Below are positions 60,243-64,000 of a stretch of 64,000 nucleotides of DNA, piece after piece. Position numbers and translations under genes: made by a program. The notes beneath the pieces were generated by a model. That model had not been told where the DNA came from and made no database searches. It saw only the letters and a list, made by a program, of their open reading frames with translations. Every line of letters starts with the position of its first letter. Positions within the stretch are counted from its first letter, which is position 1. The DNA is from Geobacter sp. AOG1 (lineage in GTDB: Bacteria > Desulfobacterota > Desulfuromonadia > Geobacterales > Geobacteraceae), in assembly GCF_019972315.1 (NCBI RefSeq), contig NZ_BLIZ01000001.1:3474472-3538471 (forward strand), given 5' to 3'.

Positions 60243-60860
60243 TCATGAACGCTGGAAGATCAGCCGGGCAACGGGAACATCAGCCCCGGGCAGTTCTTCA
60301 TAATGGATGATCTTTCCATGCTGGGAGGAAAACAACGTAGGTAGTTCCCCCGGCTGGAGGAGAAAGTGGCGGGTGTGGTACCCCTGGAGAGTGGGGGTAT
60401 CGAGAATCGATTCGAAGAGAAACAGCCCGCGGGGATTGAGGGCGGCCACGGCCAGGGGGATCAGTTCCCGTAACAGGAAGTTGATGTTGACGATGAGGTC
60501 GTAGGTGGCGGTGAAGCGGTACGTCTCCAGGTCGGCCTGCAGGAAATCTATAGCCAGCGACCCTGCAGCGGCCCGCTCCCGCCCCTTGGCCAGCCCCACC
60601 GGTGAAATGTCCACCCCCGTCACCCGGAAACCGTGACGGGCCAGGAAGATACTGTTACGCCCCTCCCCGCAGGCGATATCGAAGGCTTCCTGTCCCGGAC
60701 AAACGGACAGTATCTGATCGATCCGCTCCACCAGGAAACGGGAGGGTTCTTCTCCCATCGCCAGTTCCGCCCCTGCATAGCGGTCGTCCCATTTGATGCG
60801 GTCGCTCTCCACCGTCACCCTCCCATCAAGGAGAAGTCTCTCTTCCCCTTCGCCTGCCAA
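60243..60860 (-). CDS. class I SAM-dependent methyltransferase (TehB-like)
   Basis: 205 aa ...AFDIACGEGRNSIFLARHGFRVTGVDIS... Confidence 0.75.
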   Translation of the reverse strand: MAGEGEERLLLDGRVTVESDRIKWDDRYAGAELAMGEEPSRFLVERIDQILSVCPGQEAFDIACGEGRNSIFLARHGFRVTGVDISPVGLAKGRERAAAGSLAIDFLQADLETYRFTATYDLIVNINFLLRELIPLAVAALNPRGLFLFESILDTPTLQGYHTRHFLLQPGELPTLFSSQHGKIIHYEELPGADVPVARLIFQRS

Positions 60861-60932
60861 CAGAGTACTACACGCCGTTAGTACCGCAACTCCCCATCTA
60901 TATTTCCGGAACCTGTCTCTTTCTGCCGAATC

Positions 60933-60946
60933 TTGACCAAGGTCAA
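60933..60946. promoter_or_regulatory. CRP/FNR-family (HcpR-like) palindromic site upstream of hcp
   Basis: TTGACCAAGGTCAA (TTGAC-N4-GTCAA) 133 nt upstream of the hcp start. Confidence 0.5.
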
Positions 60947-61078
60947 GGAATCGCCCATCCGCCCGGTGTATGTTCGGTACCAGGCAAGTTGCAAAACAAC
61001 GCCAGCGGGCTATAGTTGAAGAGCCCTGAACCTACACGCGGGGGGATTCCCCCCACTATTCTACCAAGGAGGACGTCC

Positions 61079-62731
61079 ATGTCAGAAATGTTTTGTAACC
61101 AGTGTGAGCAGGCAGCAAAGGGAACCGGCTGCGAAGTGATCGGTGTCTGCGGCAAGAATCCGGAAGTCGCCGCCCTTCAGGACCTGATGCTGTACGGGCT
61201 GAAGGGGGTTGCCATCTATGCCGACAAGGCGCGGGAGCTGGGCGCCAAGGACGAGACGGTCGACCTGTTCCTGATCGAGGGGCTCTTCACCACTGTCACC
61301 AACGTGGACTTCGACCCGGTCAGCATCGCCGGCAAGCTCCGTAAATGCTACGACAGCAAGGAAAAGATTAAGGCGATCTACGAGACCGCCTACCGCACCA
61401 AGAACGGCGCCAGTGCCCCCCCGATCACCACCGGCCCCGCAGCCTGGGTCATCGCCGGCGACCTGGCAGGGCTCGTCACACAGGGGAAAGAGCACGGCAT
61501 CAGCACCCAGCACACCGACCAGGACATCCTCTCCGCCATCGAGATCCTCATCTACGGTCTCAAGGGTATGGCCGCCTATGCCGACCACGCCTTTATCCTC
61601 GGCAGAAAGGACGAGGAAGTCTTCGCCTTCTTCCACAAGGCGCTGGCCACCACCACCGATCCGGCCAAGGGACTGATGGACTTCGTCGGCCTCACCATGG
61701 AGTGCGGCAAGCTGAACATCAAGGTGATGGGAATGCTCAACGAGGGGCACATCGCCCACTACGGCAAGCCGGTACCGACCAAGGTCCCGATCGGCACCAG
61801 GAAGAACAAGGGAATCCTCGTCTCCGGTCACGACCTGCGCATGCTTGAGGAGCTCCTGAAACAGACCGAGGGGAAAGGGATCGACATCTATACCCACGGC
61901 GAGATGCTCCCGGCCCACGCCTACCCGGAACTGAAGAAGTATTCCCATCTCTACGGCAACTTCGGCGGCGCCTGGCAGGACCAGCACAAGGAGTTCCCCA
62001 ACTTCCCCGGCGCCATCATCTTCAACACCAACTGCATCCAGCGTCCGGCCGACTCCTACAAGGATCGCCTCTTCTCTTGGGGACAGGTGGGGTGGCCCGG
62101 CATCAAGCACATCACCGGCTGGAACTTCAGCGAAGTGATCAACAAGGCCCTCGAATGTCCCGAACTCGCCGATGCTCCGGACAAGGAGATCCTCACCGGC
62201 TTCGGCCATGACGCAGTTCTCAGTGTCGCCGACAAGGTCATAGACGGGGTTAAAGCGGGTGCCATCAAGCACTTCTTCCTCATCGGCGGCTGCGACGGCG
62301 CCAAACCGGGACGCAACTACTACACCGAACTGGCGGAAAAGGTTCCCAGCGACTGCGTCATCCTGACCCTGGCCTGTGGCAAGTACCGCTTTAACAAGCT
62401 GGAGTTCGGCGACATCGGCGGCATTCCACGGCTCCTGGACGTGGGACAGTGCAACGACGCCTATTCGGCGGTGCAGATCGCCCTGGCCCTGGCGGGCGCC
62501 TTCAACTGCGGCGTCAACGACCTGCCGCTCTCCATTATCCTCTCCTGGTATGAGCAGAAGGCGGTTGTCATCCTCCTGTCCCTCCTCCACCTGGGGATCA
62601 AAAACATCAAGATCGGCCCCGCGCTGCCGGCCTTCATTACCCCCAACGTCCTCAACTTCCTGGTGGAAAACTTCAACCTCGGCCCCATCACCACCCCGGA
62701 AGCAGACCTCAAGGTGGCCCTGGGGCAGTAA
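61079..62731 (+). CDS. hcp: hybrid-cluster protein / hydroxylamine reductase
   Basis: MSEMFCNQCEQAAKGTGCEVIGVCGK... N-terminal Cys cluster of Hcp; start at ATG 61079 after AAGGAGG. Confidence 0.93.
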   Translation: MSEMFCNQCEQAAKGTGCEVIGVCGKNPEVAALQDLMLYGLKGVAIYADKARELGAKDETVDLFLIEGLFTTVTNVDFDPVSIAGKLRKCYDSKEKIKAIYETAYRTKNGASAPPITTGPAAWVIAGDLAGLVTQGKEHGISTQHTDQDILSAIEILIYGLKGMAAYADHAFILGRKDEEVFAFFHKALATTTDPAKGLMDFVGLTMECGKLNIKVMGMLNEGHIAHYGKPVPTKVPIGTRKNKGILVSGHDLRMLEELLKQTEGKGIDIYTHGEMLPAHAYPELKKYSHLYGNFGGAWQDQHKEFPNFPGAIIFNTNCIQRPADSYKDRLFSWGQVGWPGIKHITGWNFSEVINKALECPELADAPDKEILTGFGHDAVLSVADKVIDGVKAGAIKHFFLIGGCDGAKPGRNYYTELAEKVPSDCVILTLACGKYRFNKLEFGDIGGIPRLLDVGQCNDAYSAVQIALALAGAFNCGVNDLPLSIILSWYEQKAVVILLSLLHLGIKNIKIGPALPAFITPNVLNFLVENFNLGPITTPEADLKVALGQ

Positions 62732-62756
62732 TCACGATCCTGCCGTCACGGACGAC

Positions 62757-62792
62757 AAAAGGCGCGGAGCCTCAAGCTCCGCGCCTTTTTCG
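62757..62792. terminator. bidirectional intrinsic terminator downstream of hcp
   Basis: AAAAGGCGCGGAGCCTCAAGCTCCGCGCCTTTTTCG. Confidence 0.8.
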
Positions 62793-62827
62793 TTTACGCA
62801 CCATCGACGGGATATGCACGAACAAAT

Positions 62828-63990
62828 TCATCCGTGGGGAGAGCGGGTCGGCTTCTTCATCTTCATGCCAAGCCGCGGCCCAAGGTCCCATGCCATGGCA
62901 TCGAACGGGTCGAGTTCCAGCGCCCGCGAAATCTCGGCCCTGGCCTGCTCGGCGAACCCTTGCTCCGCCAGAAGAAACGCAAGGGCGGAATGTTTCATGG
63001 CCAGGTCGGGGCGCAGCGGCATGGCAGCCCTGACAGCCTCGAGGGCGGTCGGATAGGCTGCGGGCCCCTGCTGGTAGAGAAGGAAAGCCTTGGCAAGGTA
63101 GGGCTCCTGGTTGGCCGGATTGAGGGCGATCTCCCGGTTGACGGACGACAGCGCAGCCCGGACCGCCGCGGGTTCCCGGTAGCGGCCGAGGTAGGAAAAA
63201 TTGTAAAAGTTCGGTCGGGTGACCCGGTACTCGTAGTGGTCAATGACCGGCTGGTTTGCGGGGGTCCGCTTCAGATAGACCACCGCATGGTTGTCCCAGT
63301 AGACCAGGGCCCAGTCGGGGTTGTCGGCCAGGTGACGGGGGAAATTCCGGCTCTTCAGATCGTACTCAAACAGGGCATAGTCGAAACCGTACCGCTGCGT
63401 CGCCGTCCGCCAGGCATCGGCGCTCGACAGGGCATCGTTGTAGAGTCGGTAAAAATCGGGATTGTAGAGCCGGGCATAGCGTCCGTCGAAAAAGACCTTC
63501 CGTTCCGGTGCCGTCCAGATGAGGTAGCCGCCGAAGGAATAGCTATTGAACATCCGGCCGGCAACATGTTCCCGGTCCAGGAACGCCAGGGCACCGTCGG
63601 GGAAGGCATCCTGCTTGAGACCGTAACCGAAGACATAGGTCCGGTTCCCCACAACCGATACCGGTATGACACCGACCAGTACGAGTGCGACGGCGACAGG
63701 GATGAACCGCGCGCCCCCCTTGAGAAACCGTGCGACAGGGGAGATCAGCTGTGCCACCGGCGTAACGGCACAAAGACCTGCAGCCAGGGTAGCCAACTCT
63801 ATCATCCGGACCTGCTGTACCGTCTCGTAAAGGAAGAAGGCAACGAGGAGGAGATGGAACAGGTTGCGCCACCCCCGACAGAGGACGAAATAGAGCGTCG
63901 CCACAACGACCAGTATCTGGAACGGAAGGGTATATCTGAGCCCGTATCCCCAAAGGATCTGGGCGGTGAGTGGCTGGTACTCGCCGACAA
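62828..63990 (-). CDS. membrane protein with C-terminal TPR-like region, 5' end beyond window end
   Basis: Open reading frame continues in-frame from 63904 to the window edge; multiple TM helices then ...YLAKAFLLYQQG...AMAWDLG... TPR-like. Confidence 0.6.
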
Positions 63991-64000
63991 ACGCCTTGAA

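Noticed and set aside
61082-62590. 502-aa minus-strand ORF inside hcp
   Set aside because: Antisense to the hybrid-cluster protein gene. Gly/Asp/Val-rich off-frame product.

Overview
This window looks like Geobacteraceae chromosome (about 60% GC). The assignment rests on gene order and protein similarity alone. Three zones are visible.

(1) 1-29.9 kb is core genome, mostly on the minus strand. It carries the N-terminal part of rpoB, then rplL, rplJ, rplA, rplK, nusG, secE, tRNA-Trp, rpmG, tuf and a four-tRNA cluster (Thr-Gly-Tyr-Thr). These are followed by a YgiQ-type radical SAM gene, argC, rpsI, rplM, truA, two adjacent asd paralogs, leuB, a GapN-like aldehyde dehydrogenase, a KefB-like CPA2 antiporter, an Smr protein, a HhH-GPD glycosylase, DUF1499, msrA, a GT2 glycosyltransferase, a GNAT acetyltransferase, a pentapeptide-repeat protein, a histidine kinase/response regulator pair and a DUF4153 protein.

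(2) About 30-48 kb is an accessory region. It holds a flotillin-like gene with seven tandem internal repeats plus DsbA-like and membrane partners. Next comes an AT-rich segment of six single-ORF units separated by GC-rich 55-71-nt imperfect palindromes. In these, the GTTxxxx box of one element is the exact reverse complement of the xxxxAAC box of the next, 7/7 in all six joins. That is the signature of an integron gene-cassette array (attC sites), and no integrase is in view, so it fits a CALIN-type array. The region also has two copies of a 150-nt element with promoter-like boxes, an RBS, a 23-24-codon proline-rich micro-ORF and an intrinsic terminator. A low-GC three-gene operon follows (ClpP-fold SDH protease, SPFH/band-7, divergent NAD-kinase-like), then an Fn3/NHL lipoprotein and a DUF2059 protein.

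(3) 49.4-64 kb is a hopanoid cluster: hpnN, shc, hpnA, dxs and hpnH, with a long palindrome between dxs and hpnH. It is followed by a low-GC GT9 glycosyltransferase, a TehB-like methyltransferase, hcp with an upstream FNR/HcpR-type palindrome, and a truncated TPR membrane protein.

The most interesting items are the cassette array, the duplicated micro-ORF/terminator element, and the protease-SPFH-NADK-like operon.
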